The notes: generated by a model from the sequence alone, not told the origin. 64,000 nucleotides of DNA from an uncultured virus (IMG/VR IMGVR_UViG_3300014050_000019) (IMGVR_UViG_3300014050_000019), one strand, 5' to 3'. Shown: positions 25,217 to 36,275, counted from the stretch's first letter. Made by a program: numbers and translations.

Positions 25217-28200
25217 TTATACGTAGCATGTAGTTCTAGTTCCAGCGCTATTTGATGTAGCCGCACACTGTCCTATAGAAAAACATACAAAATAATTGGC
25301 GCTAGTGCTATTATTAACGTCAAATGAGTTGCAGTTCCATTTTTGAGTTTTATTTACGTTAGGGCAACATGCTCCACTTGTTGTACCACTTAAAGCTCCG
25401 CTTCTCGGAGATCCGCTAGGACAACATTGAGGTGCATAATAGTAGCTTCCCATATCTTGATATACACAGGTACAAGAGGTGGTGGTAGTGGTTGTAGTAG
25501 TGGTGGTAGTACAGGCTGGGGCTAATGGGGCCGATGGATAAGTACCAGTATTATTGTATGAACAAACAATATTATAACTTCCACAAGCATAGCCAGTATC
25601 ATCCTGATTACCAATATAATTTTCATCTGGAATCTGATTATTTGTATAATTAATTCTACAATACCATCTATATACTGGCGATGTATATCCGCATCTTCCA
25701 TCTGTATATTTATATTGACCATAAACGGTTGTTGGGGCACATGCAGATTCGCTATAATCATATGTACTTCCGTCCCAAACTCCGTCTACATAAACTTTTC
25801 TTTTATAATATGTAGTTGTATAATCTCTATTTTCTAGTCCCAAACATGAATAGCTAGATGATTCATACCAATATTCACATGCGCCATATGTTGTCTGAGA
25901 TAATGGCGGGGTATATGTTATTGTCTGGGTAGCCGATGTTCCAGTTTGATTTGCTCCAGAATATATAGTTAAAAGTATAGTTGCTGACGCACCAGAATAA
26001 ACCCTAAATAAGCTTCCAGAGTCTGCAGTATTAGAACTTGTTTGAGTTGTTCCAGTGTCATTATAGCTTGCAACACCTGTTTGAGTTACTGTTAAATTAT
26101 AAGATGCTTGATTTGTAGATGACCAGCTTACAGTAACAGTTACTAATTGTTGAGTTGCTGTTGTTGGAGCAGAACCAGTTAAATTTGTAATTGTAGGAGT
26201 AACGGCTGCAATTCTTGTTCCCTGTACGCCATTCCCAGCAGGATACCAATTACTAGTACCTGATGCATTTTTCCCTCTAACCCAATAATATCTAGTTGTA
26301 CTAGAGCTTATTGTTGTATCTAAATATGGGGAAGACACACCATAAAAATCTGGAGTAGTACTATTTGTTGGAGTGTTACCTATATTAGGATTCCAATATA
26401 CATCATAGCTAGTAGCATTACTTGACCCGCCAAATGTTAATTCGACTCCGTCTGTTCTATTTGTTGTTGCAGTAAGAAATGTTGGAGTAGAGGGCAAAGT
26501 TCCTATGGTAATAGATCTTTGATTTGTACCCCTAGATAGTCTTCCTTGTGGATTCCAATACAACTGAGCAGTATATGTTCCAGTATTATTATATGTATGT
26601 GTCCAGTTTGAATATGTTGGATTATTAGTTCCTGTTGGCCACGATACTACTTCTGCAGATCCGTCTCCAAAATTCATAATATAAGATCTTGGATATGAAG
26701 CGTACCCAGATGGATAAGATGTTGCAGAAACTCCAAATGTAACTGTGAGTGGCGATCCTCCAGATATTGGAGTAGCCGTTAAAGTTGGTAAAGTTGAAGG
26801 TGCAATTGGAATACTAGCTGCTGAACCATCAAATATATAAGCAATTCCCTGACCCATGTTTGTTACTATTCCAGAATAAAATCTTGTTGCTTTTCCTGGA
26901 GCGGTAGCACTAACTCTAAACTCAAAATAATACCTTGACTGCCCCCCACCAAAAGTTGGTCCGCTTGGCATAACAGTACTTCCATGAATTGGAATAGATG
27001 TTTGCCATTTTACAGTAGCTGTTGTTCCAGATGTAGTTACACTATCTGGAGATAAATCAGTTGGAAAAGAAGTGCTAGAAATTGATGCACCAGTAGTATA
27101 ATTTATATAAGTAATACTAGATGCTGTATCTGCATTATATATTCTCGGTTCAAAATTAAATGTAGTTCCAGATTCATAATCGGCAACTTGTGCCACTATT
27201 TCTATTAATCCATCAGAAATAATTCTTGGTGTTGATTGATTATCCATAACATATTCGCCATATCCCTCAACTCCTTTAATATCTAAACTTGTTATTGAAG
27301 GAACTGAACCAGTTGTTCCATAATAGCTTACTGGTGCCCCGTAGTGAGCCGTGTAAGAATTTTCTAAATACAATTGAGCAATTATATATTCTCCAGAAGA
27401 AAGAGGATTAGAGCCAACTGTGTAGTTACTATATATTGTTAAAACATTTGAAGTATTTGTATCAGATGTATAAGTGGAATCATACGAACCAGCTACATAA
27501 TCGTATCCAGTTTCTATATTAATTTCTTTTAATAGTGTACCGCCTGGAGACTTACTTGTATTTCTCCACCATCTTAAAACTGGAGTTCCTCCTAAATATC
27601 CTCCTGGCTTAATCCACCAACCCCAACGTATTTGAGCATTTACTTCAATTACATCAGCAACTCCAAATCCACTTGCACCAGTCAAAACTCCACCAGATTC
27701 AGAAAGAACTGTATAGCTGACTAATGCTGGCTTTCTTTTAATAACTTTAATTGGTTGGGAATAAGCATCTAATGGTCCATCTACGTTTGTAGCAAGTAAT
27801 TGATAAAATATGTAGTATCCTTCGGCAAGATCTCTGGTTGCTTGGCTTACTGTTGCAAAATCTATTGTGTCATTTCCAGTTAAACTAAATCTTTCTACCT
27901 GTCCATCAATATTATCTGAACATAGCATTCTTCTATTAGAAATAGTAATTGGAGTTGTTCCGTCGTATTGACCGTCATCTCCCCATAATTTTAAAAATGT
28001 TCCAGATGTTCCAGAATCCGTACTTGCAAATAATTGAGGACTTGTTGCTGCATACAATGGGGCTGTTCCGCTGTCTGTTCCGCTGTATCCTCCAATTCTT
28101 ATTCTAATTGGATCTGATAATCTTACTGATGGAGCATTTCCTGGCCACATTTTTACCCAGCCATTTATTGTTTTTCCAAAAACTGCTGTGGCTGCTACCC

Positions 28201-28288
28201 ACCCAGAGCTTACTTTAGCCCATACTTTTTTTGTAACTCTCCAGTCTGTTGAAGAACCAGTACTAGCAACTTTTGAAAAAAGACCCAT
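25217..28288 (-). CDS. tail fibre/receptor-binding-like protein with PKD and FN3 domains and a Cys-rich, poly-Thr C-terminus
   Basis: PKD NFGDG...HTY..TGTYT, FN3 YYWVRGKNASGTS, 18 Cys in the last ~225 aa, Thr11 run. Confidence 0.75.
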   Translation of the reverse strand: MGLFSKVASTGSSTDWRVTKKVWAKVSSGWVAATAVFGKTINGWVKMWPGNAPSVRLSDPIRIRIGGYSGTDSGTAPLYAATSPQLFASTDSGTSGTFLKLWGDDGQYDGTTPITISNRRMLCSDNIDGQVERFSLTGNDTIDFATVSQATRDLAEGYYIFYQLLATNVDGPLDAYSQPIKVIKRKPALVSYTVLSESGGVLTGASGFGVADVIEVNAQIRWGWWIKPGGYLGGTPVLRWWRNTSKSPGGTLLKEINIETGYDYVAGSYDSTYTSDTNTSNVLTIYSNYTVGSNPLSSGEYIIAQLYLENSYTAHYGAPVSYYGTTGSVPSITSLDIKGVEGYGEYVMDNQSTPRIISDGLIEIVAQVADYESGTTFNFEPRIYNADTASSITYINYTTGASISSTSFPTDLSPDSVTTSGTTATVKWQTSIPIHGSTVMPSGPTFGGGQSRYYFEFRVSATAPGKATRFYSGIVTNMGQGIAYIFDGSAASIPIAPSTLPTLTATPISGGSPLTVTFGVSATSYPSGYASYPRSYIMNFGDGSAEVVSWPTGTNNPTYSNWTHTYNNTGTYTAQLYWNPQGRLSRGTNQRSITIGTLPSTPTFLTATTNRTDGVELTFGGSSNATSYDVYWNPNIGNTPTNSTTPDFYGVSSPYLDTTISSSTTRYYWVRGKNASGTSNWYPAGNGVQGTRIAAVTPTITNLTGSAPTTATQQLVTVTVSWSSTNQASYNLTVTQTGVASYNDTGTTQTSSNTADSGSLFRVYSGASATILLTIYSGANQTGTSATQTITYTPPLSQTTYGACEYWYESSSYSCLGLENRDYTTTYYKRKVYVDGVWDGSTYDYSESACAPTTVYGQYKYTDGRCGYTSPVYRWYCRINYTNNQIPDENYIGNQDDTGYACGSYNIVCSYNNTGTYPSAPLAPACTTTTTTTTTTTSCTCVYQDMGSYYYAPQCCPSGSPRSGALSGTTSGACCPNVNKTQKWNCNSFDVNNSTSANYFVCFSIGQCAATSNSAGTRTTCYV

Positions 28289-28296
28289 TTATTTTC

Positions 28297-31206
28297 CTAA
28301 TACGTAATCATAATATCGCCGACATTACCTGTTGTAGATGATGGGTTGCTTGTTGTATTTTTAATATAAATGTTTCTAACATATGCACCTGAGCTTCCGC
28401 CTGGATAAAACAATGGTGCTCCTTTTCTTAATCTCAAGCTTGCGTCTATGCTTATCCAAGGTACTCTGGCTGTGTTTCCAATACCAGTAGCCTGAACAGC
28501 AGAAGTAGATGATTTAGATATGTCTCCAAGATACAGTCCTTCTGTAAATATTAATGAAGATTTAGTTCTAGAAAACATTGCAGACTGTGTTCCGCCAGCT
28601 AAAATTTCTGTATACCCAGATGTGCTAGTGCTTTCTAATCTGAGTATTTGATCTGATGAAAGTTTTCCATTAGCAAGCGTGAGTGTTGGAGTTAATGTCA
28701 AACTTCCGCTACTCGCATTTGATCCATCGGCATTAGCATCAGATGCATCTGAAAGACCTGAATCTGAATAAGCTGTTAAACCACTTGAGGTAATTTGATT
28801 TGAAACAGTAATAGTTGCTGCTCCAATGGTTCCGCCAGTAATAGAAGGTGCAGATAAAGATATATTTGAAAATACAGTTCCGTTAAAAAATGCATCTCCT
28901 CCAGATGTTAATCTAAAATTCTTTGCTGATATTCCTCCGCCAGTTAGATTAATTGCTGTTCCAGAAGTAGAAAAATCAGATCCGTCATTAGTGCCAGAAT
29001 GATTGTTGCTTTTTATAATACCTGTAGTTATCTTTCCGCCATCAATTGTAGTTACGTTGCTCATATCTGTTTTTGCCAGGCCTGCAATATCTGTTGCAGA
29101 TGCATATCCAGTTATAACTGCCGATTTCATTACTACAGTTCCATCGGCTCTCACATAAAAGTTAGAATTAGTATTCCTTGCTCCGCCTGCCCAAAATACA
29201 ATATCTGTTGCAGAGTTAGTATCTGGGGTAGCAATACCCGCAGTATAAGATGAGCTAGATACTCTTATTTGAGCATTAGATGAATCTAATGTAACTGTAC
29301 CAGAATTAGATGTTTTATTAACAGAACTTGATCCAACATTCCATCCACCAATATTTGCACTTGCTGTTGTAAATAATCCTGTAGCAGCATCTATTGTAGT
29401 TATACCATTTGTTGATGCTGAATTAAATGTAAGTCCAGAACTATTTAAAATATATCCAGCTCCGCTAAGTGCACCTAGTGGAGTTAATGTTCCTGAGTAT
29501 AAAGATCCTCCAGATATAATACTAACATTACCTCTAAATGTTCCTTGTCTTGCTGTGATATTTCCATCTACCGAAAATGTTGCACCGTCCCATGATAAAT
29601 AATTACTTGTATCTCCGCCAACCTTAAGTCTTGCGCTATTGGTAGCATTTATATACCAATAGTTACTTGCATCAAAATATAAACCTTTATTGGTTGAAAC
29701 TCCGCCTACTCCAACTCCAAATTGAAACGGCCCGCCACTAATATAATTTGTTACAGATGGAGTTCCAGTTACTGTTACATCTGGACCAGAAACATATGAT
29801 GTAGAAGTATTATTATATTCATCATATGTAGCAACTGCAATCTTGTATGTTGCTCCTATTGCTAAACCGCCAAGCCTATATGTAGTACCAGTACCTGGAG
29901 AATCTACATAAGAGAATGTTGTATTGTTATCATTACTAAATCTAATTCTGTATCCACGTATTCCTCCGCCAGTAACTGCTGGCCATGATATATCTGCGTA
30001 TGCATTAAAACCAAGATAGCCACTTGTATCTATTCCGCTAGATACAGTTACAGAAGAAACGTTACTTGGCCCAGTATTATCTACAACAACTGGACTTGTA
30101 GGTTCTACTTGAACAGCTGTTCCATATGCTGCAAAAGATCCTAAGTTGTCCATGAATCTTGCACGAACCCAGCGCTTGTTAGTGTTTGGAACAATTACTA
30201 TTGCTGGATTATTAGATCCAGAAAATACTTTTGAAAATCCAGTAGTAGGAGCAGTTGTATCAGAAGATTCAACTTCTTCTATTTCTATTTTATCAAATGT
30301 TGCATCAGATGGAGTAGTGTACGCTACGCTATATCCATTACTAATTGGTGTGGCTGTAATTGTTGCAGATGGAAGATTGTTAACATAAGCTGTTGCTGAA
30401 AATGGGACTTCAGTTCCTTCATTACCATAGATATTTACTACCTTAACAGAACCACTAAATGATGTTTGTAATACTCCAAAAGATGCTCTGTTTTGTGAAA
30501 GACTTAATGTAAATGATTGTGCTGAAGTTCCTAAAACCGCTTGTGTATCATAAACTTTTGATACTCCTCCAGCGGTTAATGTTATTTTATAGTAACTAAA
30601 AAATTCTTCTGCTGGATTATGAGTAAATGATACTTTAAAATCCGTTCCAACCCAAGATCCAGAAGCTGAAGTTGGAAGTGTATTTGGAATAAGTTTTGGA
30701 GTTTCAAATTGAGCAGTGCTAAACGGTGATTCTACTCCATCAACAGATACTACAGTTAGTTTAACGCTATGGGCTCTTGGGGGTACCGCTACTCTTATAG
30801 TTCCTGCAGATTTTAAAAATCCTACTAGCCTGTAAGGAGAGCCTATTAAAGTTTCATCTTTTATATAAACGTTAACTCTATCAAATGCTTTTGTATATGC
30901 TTGTCCATTTGCATCTTGACCGTTCCAAGTAATGATTAGCTGACCATTAAAATAACTTAAATCTGTATTTAAAAACTTAGGGGCTGCTAGTGATGGAATC
31001 TTAGCAGTTGTTAATCTAAATCCAGGAGACCATCCGCTTCTAGTTTCATCTTCATATATCCATTGAAATTGAAATGCATACGGAGTATCTAATAGCAATC
31101 CTGTAACTGGTACATCAAAATATAATTGATCAGTAGTTAATTGTGTTTTACCAGCCAAGTCTGGCTGTATTGCTCCGCCGCCACCTTCTTCTGCTTTAAA
31201 AACCAT
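28297..31206 (-). CDS. minor tail protein with FN3 repeats
   Basis: FN3 GLAIGATYKIAVATYD, IDGGKITTG and ANIGGW fibre motifs. Confidence 0.8.
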   Translation of the reverse strand: MVFKAEEGGGGAIQPDLAGKTQLTTDQLYFDVPVTGLLLDTPYAFQFQWIYEDETRSGWSPGFRLTTAKIPSLAAPKFLNTDLSYFNGQLIITWNGQDANGQAYTKAFDRVNVYIKDETLIGSPYRLVGFLKSAGTIRVAVPPRAHSVKLTVVSVDGVESPFSTAQFETPKLIPNTLPTSASGSWVGTDFKVSFTHNPAEEFFSYYKITLTAGGVSKVYDTQAVLGTSAQSFTLSLSQNRASFGVLQTSFSGSVKVVNIYGNEGTEVPFSATAYVNNLPSATITATPISNGYSVAYTTPSDATFDKIEIEEVESSDTTAPTTGFSKVFSGSNNPAIVIVPNTNKRWVRARFMDNLGSFAAYGTAVQVEPTSPVVVDNTGPSNVSSVTVSSGIDTSGYLGFNAYADISWPAVTGGGIRGYRIRFSNDNNTTFSYVDSPGTGTTYRLGGLAIGATYKIAVATYDEYNNTSTSYVSGPDVTVTGTPSVTNYISGGPFQFGVGVGGVSTNKGLYFDASNYWYINATNSARLKVGGDTSNYLSWDGATFSVDGNITARQGTFRGNVSIISGGSLYSGTLTPLGALSGAGYILNSSGLTFNSASTNGITTIDAATGLFTTASANIGGWNVGSSSVNKTSNSGTVTLDSSNAQIRVSSSSYTAGIATPDTNSATDIVFWAGGARNTNSNFYVRADGTVVMKSAVITGYASATDIAGLAKTDMSNVTTIDGGKITTGIIKSNNHSGTNDGSDFSTSGTAINLTGGGISAKNFRLTSGGDAFFNGTVFSNISLSAPSITGGTIGAATITVSNQITSSGLTAYSDSGLSDASDANADGSNASSGSLTLTPTLTLANGKLSSDQILRLESTSTSGYTEILAGGTQSAMFSRTKSSLIFTEGLYLGDISKSSTSAVQATGIGNTARVPWISIDASLRLRKGAPLFYPGGSSGAYVRNIYIKNTTSNPSSTTGNVGDIMITY

Positions 31207-32133
31207 TTAGAACTCCAACAATAACTTATATTCTATATCTACTGGTCTTCCAGGTTTTTTAATTAATGGTGTAGATAATAGTGATCTGCTAATAATTCCA
31301 TATGAAGGATCAAATGTATCTTCATCATTTAATCTAATTCCATCAAAATATACTGTGGTTGCTCCGCCAGTTGCTGTTACTTCAACTCCAATTTTAGTAA
31401 TTGAAGAAGGGTCTGGTAAATTAGGAGACGCAGTGTAATTTGCAAATAAATTACTTAAAGATAAATTTTGAATTTTGTCACCTGTTCCAGAAGAAGGTGT
31501 AAAATCTACATAATAATATGCTGAAGGTGAACTATAAAACTTAACACGAATTTTAGATAAATTATTATCTGCTTTTTTATAAGCAATTGAAATTGAATCG
31601 TTTACGCTATATCCAGATATGTCATAAGAAATTAATGAATTAGTATATTCTTTTGTAGATCCAGATGATGCATCTATTCTTACCATAGAATCACTAATTT
31701 TAGATAGAAATGTATAATTTCCAGATGAATCTTGAGTATTACTTTGAAGAACTGGATTACTTGTTCCATCAAACCAATTAAAATTATTTGTAAAAGAAGT
31801 TACAAATTGACTATCAAAATTATTTATTGATGATCTTCCACCAGGATATAATCCAATTTCTGATATTACTCCAGATATGTCTTGAGGTATTGTGGCTTTA
31901 TAAATAATTCCATAAGAAAATACTGGATCACCATCTACATCTACACCAGTTTGAGATATATCAATGCTTGACAATTCTACTGGAAGTCTATAAAATTCAA
32001 ACTCTAGTCGTGTATCATTTCCTTTAACGTTAGGAGATGTTGAGCCTATTCCAAAAGCTAGCTCCTTAGAAGAAATTAAACTGTTTCCAGCCAATGAATT
32101 TGTTAAAAATCTTTTTCCAAATTTAGTTATCAT
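31207..32133 (-). CDS. minor tail protein
   Basis: MITKFGK N-terminus and ISEIGLY motif typical of tail-collar/baseplate proteins; position in tail module. Confidence 0.65.
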   Translation of the reverse strand: MITKFGKRFLTNSLAGNSLISSKELAFGIGSTSPNVKGNDTRLEFEFYRLPVELSSIDISQTGVDVDGDPVFSYGIIYKATIPQDISGVISEIGLYPGGRSSINNFDSQFVTSFTNNFNWFDGTSNPVLQSNTQDSSGNYTFLSKISDSMVRIDASSGSTKEYTNSLISYDISGYSVNDSISIAYKKADNNLSKIRVKFYSSPSAYYYVDFTPSSGTGDKIQNLSLSNLFANYTASPNLPDPSSITKIGVEVTATGGATTVYFDGIRLNDEDTFDPSYGIISRSLLSTPLIKKPGRPVDIEYKLLLEF

Positions 32134-32522
32134 TGTTTCTGTCTCCTTACATCTACACCTTTAAGAATTCTACCGCTACTATTTGTAACCCTAAATACAA
32201 CCCTTACGCTAGGATTATTTGCTGCATCATACACTACTGTATTAGATAAAACTTTTATATCAGACAACAATGGAGTCGAATTGCCGCTGGACTCATCATC
32301 TGGATTGGTATCATCTGGATTAAATTCTGCTCCAGAAACTTCTTCTAAAACATTTAGTACGTTTTCCGCCTGTTGTCCAGAAAGTCTAGCCGCCGCCGCA
32401 TTTGCATTTAAGAATGCTAAATAATTGGCATTTGTTGTATTTGCAAGCAAGGAGTCTGCAACCGTTGCTAGCGGAGCTGCGGTTGGTTGAGAACTTGATG
32501 AGGTCTTTGATTGCTTTGCCAT
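32130..32522 (-). CDS. tail-module hypothetical protein
   Basis: Leaderless promoter TGgTATAAT at 32529-32537. Confidence 0.55.
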   Translation of the reverse strand: MAKQSKTSSSSQPTAAPLATVADSLLANTTNANYLAFLNANAAAARLSGQQAENVLNVLEEVSGAEFNPDDTNPDDESSGNSTPLLSDIKVLSNTVVYDAANNPSVRVVFRVTNSSGRILKGVDVRRQKQ

Positions 32523-32541
32523 TTTTTTATTATACCATTTA

Positions 32542-35500
32542 TTAACTATAAATAGATCTAGTAGTTATTCTGGTGTTTATCCCCCCATCAAAACTAGTGT
32601 CTACATTAGATACTATAAATTTTTGTGTTCCATCTAGTCCGTTAGAAGGATAACTAATTGTAACAAGATCTCCTACTGAAATCAAGGGGTTTGAGAATAT
32701 TTCTAACTCACATACCGATTGTTTTTTAGACCATTGATTTTTAATCCAATCAGATAACGATTTAGCATCATCTTCCGTTTGAATCCATGTTGACTCAAAT
32801 GTAACCTGTTCTGGACTAGTAAACTCATTAACTGTTTTATCTAAATATTCATTTTGTCCAGACTGAACTATTGTATTTCCAATAATACTAAATGAGGCAA
32901 ATTGAGAATCATCTAACGGAACAAAAGTTCCTGCATTATTTAAAACATAAACCTCTGCACCAAACGAGGTAAGTCTTGATCCTAGTACCTCTACATACTG
33001 ACTTAATCCAGTACTTGGAAATATTGGAAATCCAGGACGAGAATCATATTTAATATTTATTTTTCTTAATTCTCTAGCAACCGTTCCAAATTCATCTACC
33101 TTTCCACCTGGCAGTGTAGCTTTTTCAAAATTACTGGTAAGTTTTTCTCCATAAAGGAAGTTTAATGTTGTAGAACCAAATCTTCCATAATATTGATCCT
33201 GCATAATTCCATTTTTATATTGTTCTTCATTTAACGGAACAGCATATACGTAATCAAAAAATGCTGAACCAGTGCTTGAATAAATAGCTATGTTTGATGT
33301 TGGAGATATAATATCTGTTGTATCTAATGCTGATATCTTAAAGTTATTAATGAATACATCTATAAGAACTGCTCCTGCCGTTGAATCATAATTTACACGA
33401 ATATCTATTTTATAAGAGACTGAACCAGCAATATAATTAAGAGTTTTTTGTTTTTCATTTTGTGAGTCAGTAAGTGGAATTTTAACTCCATTTATAAGTT
33501 TAAATATGCCAAGAGATCTGTCTGATCCGCTATCTGCTAAATTACTTGTAGTTTCCATAGAAACATAATAGCCATTCATTCCGTTAGCGCTTGTAAAAAA
33601 TCCTATTCCTCCAGCCGCATCTACGTCTTTTACGGTACTCTTAAAAAACATACCTGTGCCAAATGTGTAGTACTGTCCAGTACTATCTACTTCTAAATTT
33701 TTTACTGCCACAGAATTTAAATTTTTATTTGTAGAATCACAAGTTATTTGAAATAAAGATTTTTGAATTTTTTTAACAGATGGGCTAGTGGTTTCTACTG
33801 GAGTAGATTCTAGGGTTGGGGGAGTAGCAATTGACCATGCAACATCTGATGCCGTACTACTAACAACAGTGGTATCTGTCGCTGCATTAGTTTTAAAAAT
33901 ATTATTATATCCATTCCATCCGACTGCCGCTCCAGATCCTGCAGCTGTATGAGCTGCTGGAGTTGTCCCAAATGCACCTCTTGATTTTATTCTAACCCTA
34001 CCAGTTTGTCCATAAGCTTTATTTGCTGGAATTAATAAAGAAACATCATTTGCAAACTTTTGCAAATCACTGTTCTTTTCTATAGGAATTTTTGTTACTG
34101 TTCCTAATTTATTTACATATTGATATTCAATAGCATCATACTCTATAATTTCAGAATCAATGACAAAGTATCCAGAATAGTTATATATAATTTGAGTAGT
34201 TTGTTGATTTACAGTAATTGGCGATAGACTTATCCACTCACCAGCTGCTGATGTAGCAGACAATGGTGTATTTAAAGAATATGCTCCTAAATATGATGTT
34301 CCCGATTTCCATAAAGGTTGGGCGCTCCCTAAAAATTCGCTAGCTGTTACTGGATTCCATAAAATTTTTACTTGATTAGATGCTGGTAAATCTCGTTTTT
34401 GTAAAGATAAAATATTTGGTAGAGTATTTCCATCTTGTGAATACTTAAAGTTCCAGTTAGGCGTTGTTTGAGAAAATAGGTAATCCCTAGTATAAAATTG
34501 TAAAACATTCTTTTCATCAAATGTGGCTACCATTTGAGAATCTCTACAAATTTCTTGTATACAATTCCAAACATTTTGAGAGTCATCTGTCCACCAATAT
34601 ATTGGACTTAGTATAGACTGATCTGTTATTGTGGTTCCAGAAGACTTATAGTTAATATTATAATTTGTAAATCCAACATTATCTAATAATTTTCTAATAA
34701 TTCCTATAGCAGAAGTGTCTTTACAAACCAATCCTGGAGAAACAATATCTTGCAAAATTTTAGCACCATCTAGTGCATCTAGGTTAATATCTCCAAATTC
34801 TGATGTGGTCCAATTGTTTACATAAAAAGTTCCTTGTTTTACCTTTTCATAACTTCCTTGACTATCAGATAGTGGTGCTCCAGAATAATAAACTTTTATA
34901 TAGGGATCTAATTGTACACTTTTATACATGTATAAATAAGAAGAATTAAATGCTGTTCCTTTTTCATATGAAATTATTTTTCTTGGAGACTCATATGACA
35001 CAAGGCTTGCTGACATTGAGTTTGCAGATACTTTTCCAACTGGAAGTATGTCGTCTGCACTAGTTGATGATTCTTGAGAAATAGAAAAGTCTACGAGGTG
35101 TGGTGTTATGTCTGCCACCCATCTTGGAGACAATTCAATTACACCTACATGTGCGTCTGTTACTGCAGAAGTTGAAAGAGATAATCCTGTAATTGAAATT
35201 GGAGTAGCTAGAGATGTTGGTTCTGTGGTACTCCAGGAGGTGCCATTATAATATAATACGAGTGTGCCCGCATCATAATTCTTAGATCCACCTGTTGTAA
35301 ATGGTTTTATATTAGCACTAGTTCCTGTTGCTAAAACTGTACCGCCTTCTTTTGATATAGTCCATGTTGCAGGAATAGAATGTGATATTTCAAATCTTAC
35401 AACAATTTTATTGGTTAGTATTGCTTGTGGATAAGTAATGCTTATGCTTGCCCCAGAACCCTTTTGGGATAACCAATATTTATAATAAGTATCTGAACCA

Positions 35501-35805
35501 GCATAATAAGTTCTATAATTTAATGGATAATCTATATTTTTAGGGTCTTTCCATGTATTTAAATCTACATCTCCAAAGACTCCGTACTTTACTCCAGCGC
35601 TAAGCGGTCTAAATGGCTTAACAACAGAAGATGCTGGAAATAATTTTTTATAAGGTTTTGTTCCATCTGGTCTAATATAATCTGATCCAGTTACAGAAAT
35701 ATTATCTACCATTGAATTCATATTATATTCAATAGTACAACCTATATTTGTTTTAACAGTTGTATTCTCTTCTATTAATGTTTTGACTGCTGGAGCAATA
35801 ATCAT
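32542..35805 (-). CDS. large minor tail protein (tail tip hub-like)
   Basis: Second gene after the TMP; C-terminal NPLISVGDLVTI OB-like hub motif. Confidence 0.75.
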   Translation of the reverse strand: MIIAPAVKTLIEENTTVKTNIGCTIEYNMNSMVDNISVTGSDYIRPDGTKPYKKLFPASSVVKPFRPLSAGVKYGVFGDVDLNTWKDPKNIDYPLNYRTYYAGSDTYYKYWLSQKGSGASISITYPQAILTNKIVVRFEISHSIPATWTISKEGGTVLATGTSANIKPFTTGGSKNYDAGTLVLYYNGTSWSTTEPTSLATPISITGLSLSTSAVTDAHVGVIELSPRWVADITPHLVDFSISQESSTSADDILPVGKVSANSMSASLVSYESPRKIISYEKGTAFNSSYLYMYKSVQLDPYIKVYYSGAPLSDSQGSYEKVKQGTFYVNNWTTSEFGDINLDALDGAKILQDIVSPGLVCKDTSAIGIIRKLLDNVGFTNYNINYKSSGTTITDQSILSPIYWWTDDSQNVWNCIQEICRDSQMVATFDEKNVLQFYTRDYLFSQTTPNWNFKYSQDGNTLPNILSLQKRDLPASNQVKILWNPVTASEFLGSAQPLWKSGTSYLGAYSLNTPLSATSAAGEWISLSPITVNQQTTQIIYNYSGYFVIDSEIIEYDAIEYQYVNKLGTVTKIPIEKNSDLQKFANDVSLLIPANKAYGQTGRVRIKSRGAFGTTPAAHTAAGSGAAVGWNGYNNIFKTNAATDTTVVSSTASDVAWSIATPPTLESTPVETTSPSVKKIQKSLFQITCDSTNKNLNSVAVKNLEVDSTGQYYTFGTGMFFKSTVKDVDAAGGIGFFTSANGMNGYYVSMETTSNLADSGSDRSLGIFKLINGVKIPLTDSQNEKQKTLNYIAGSVSYKIDIRVNYDSTAGAVLIDVFINNFKISALDTTDIISPTSNIAIYSSTGSAFFDYVYAVPLNEEQYKNGIMQDQYYGRFGSTTLNFLYGEKLTSNFEKATLPGGKVDEFGTVARELRKINIKYDSRPGFPIFPSTGLSQYVEVLGSRLTSFGAEVYVLNNAGTFVPLDDSQFASFSIIGNTIVQSGQNEYLDKTVNEFTSPEQVTFESTWIQTEDDAKSLSDWIKNQWSKKQSVCELEIFSNPLISVGDLVTISYPSNGLDGTQKFIVSNVDTSFDGGINTRITTRSIYS

Positions 35806-36275
35806 TATACTTCTTCCAACTCAATAGATACATTCCAGTGTGGCTGTAGGCCACGCTTAACAACTGAAAAATTACAGCCTCCAAATACTACATTATATTC
35901 TTCATATCCAGAAGATGTTTGATCAGTACCATTTTTAGCTAAATTAATTCTAATCTTAAATGACTGTTGACCTTCTTCGCTTAAATAAAAGGACCTAATA
36001 TCTTCTGCTCCCCATGCACCATCAACTGTTAATGTTCTATATGATGGCAGCATTGACCAAGATACTGAGAATCTTCTTTTATCAGTAGTATAATTTTTTC
36101 TAAGTGTTCCATTAGATGTTCTAACTGCTTTTTCAATTCTATCAACAGAAACACTTAAATCAGATCTATTATGCTCAGTAACCTTGTTCCAAATCTTAGT
36201 TGTGCCAGCGGGAGTGGCAAGAAGGTCTTTGGCTTCTATGCTTAAAATTGATCCTCTAGGTAAATACATTGCCAT
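35805..36275 (-). CDS. distal tail protein-like minor tail protein
   Basis: First gene after the TMP; RTSNGTLR and C-terminal W.VSIELEEV. Confidence 0.7.
   Translation of the reverse strand: MAMYLPRGSILSIEAKDLLATPAGTTKIWNKVTEHNRSDLSVSVDRIEKAVRTSNGTLRKNYTTDKRRFSVSWSMLPSYRTLTVDGAWGAEDIRSFYLSEEGQQSFKIRINLAKNGTDQTSSGYEEYNVVFGGCNFSVVKRGLQPHWNVSIELEEV

Noticed and set aside
25217..25890. Diversity-generating retroelement target in the fibre C-terminus
   Set aside because: No reverse transcriptase and no template/variable repeat pair seen in the window.
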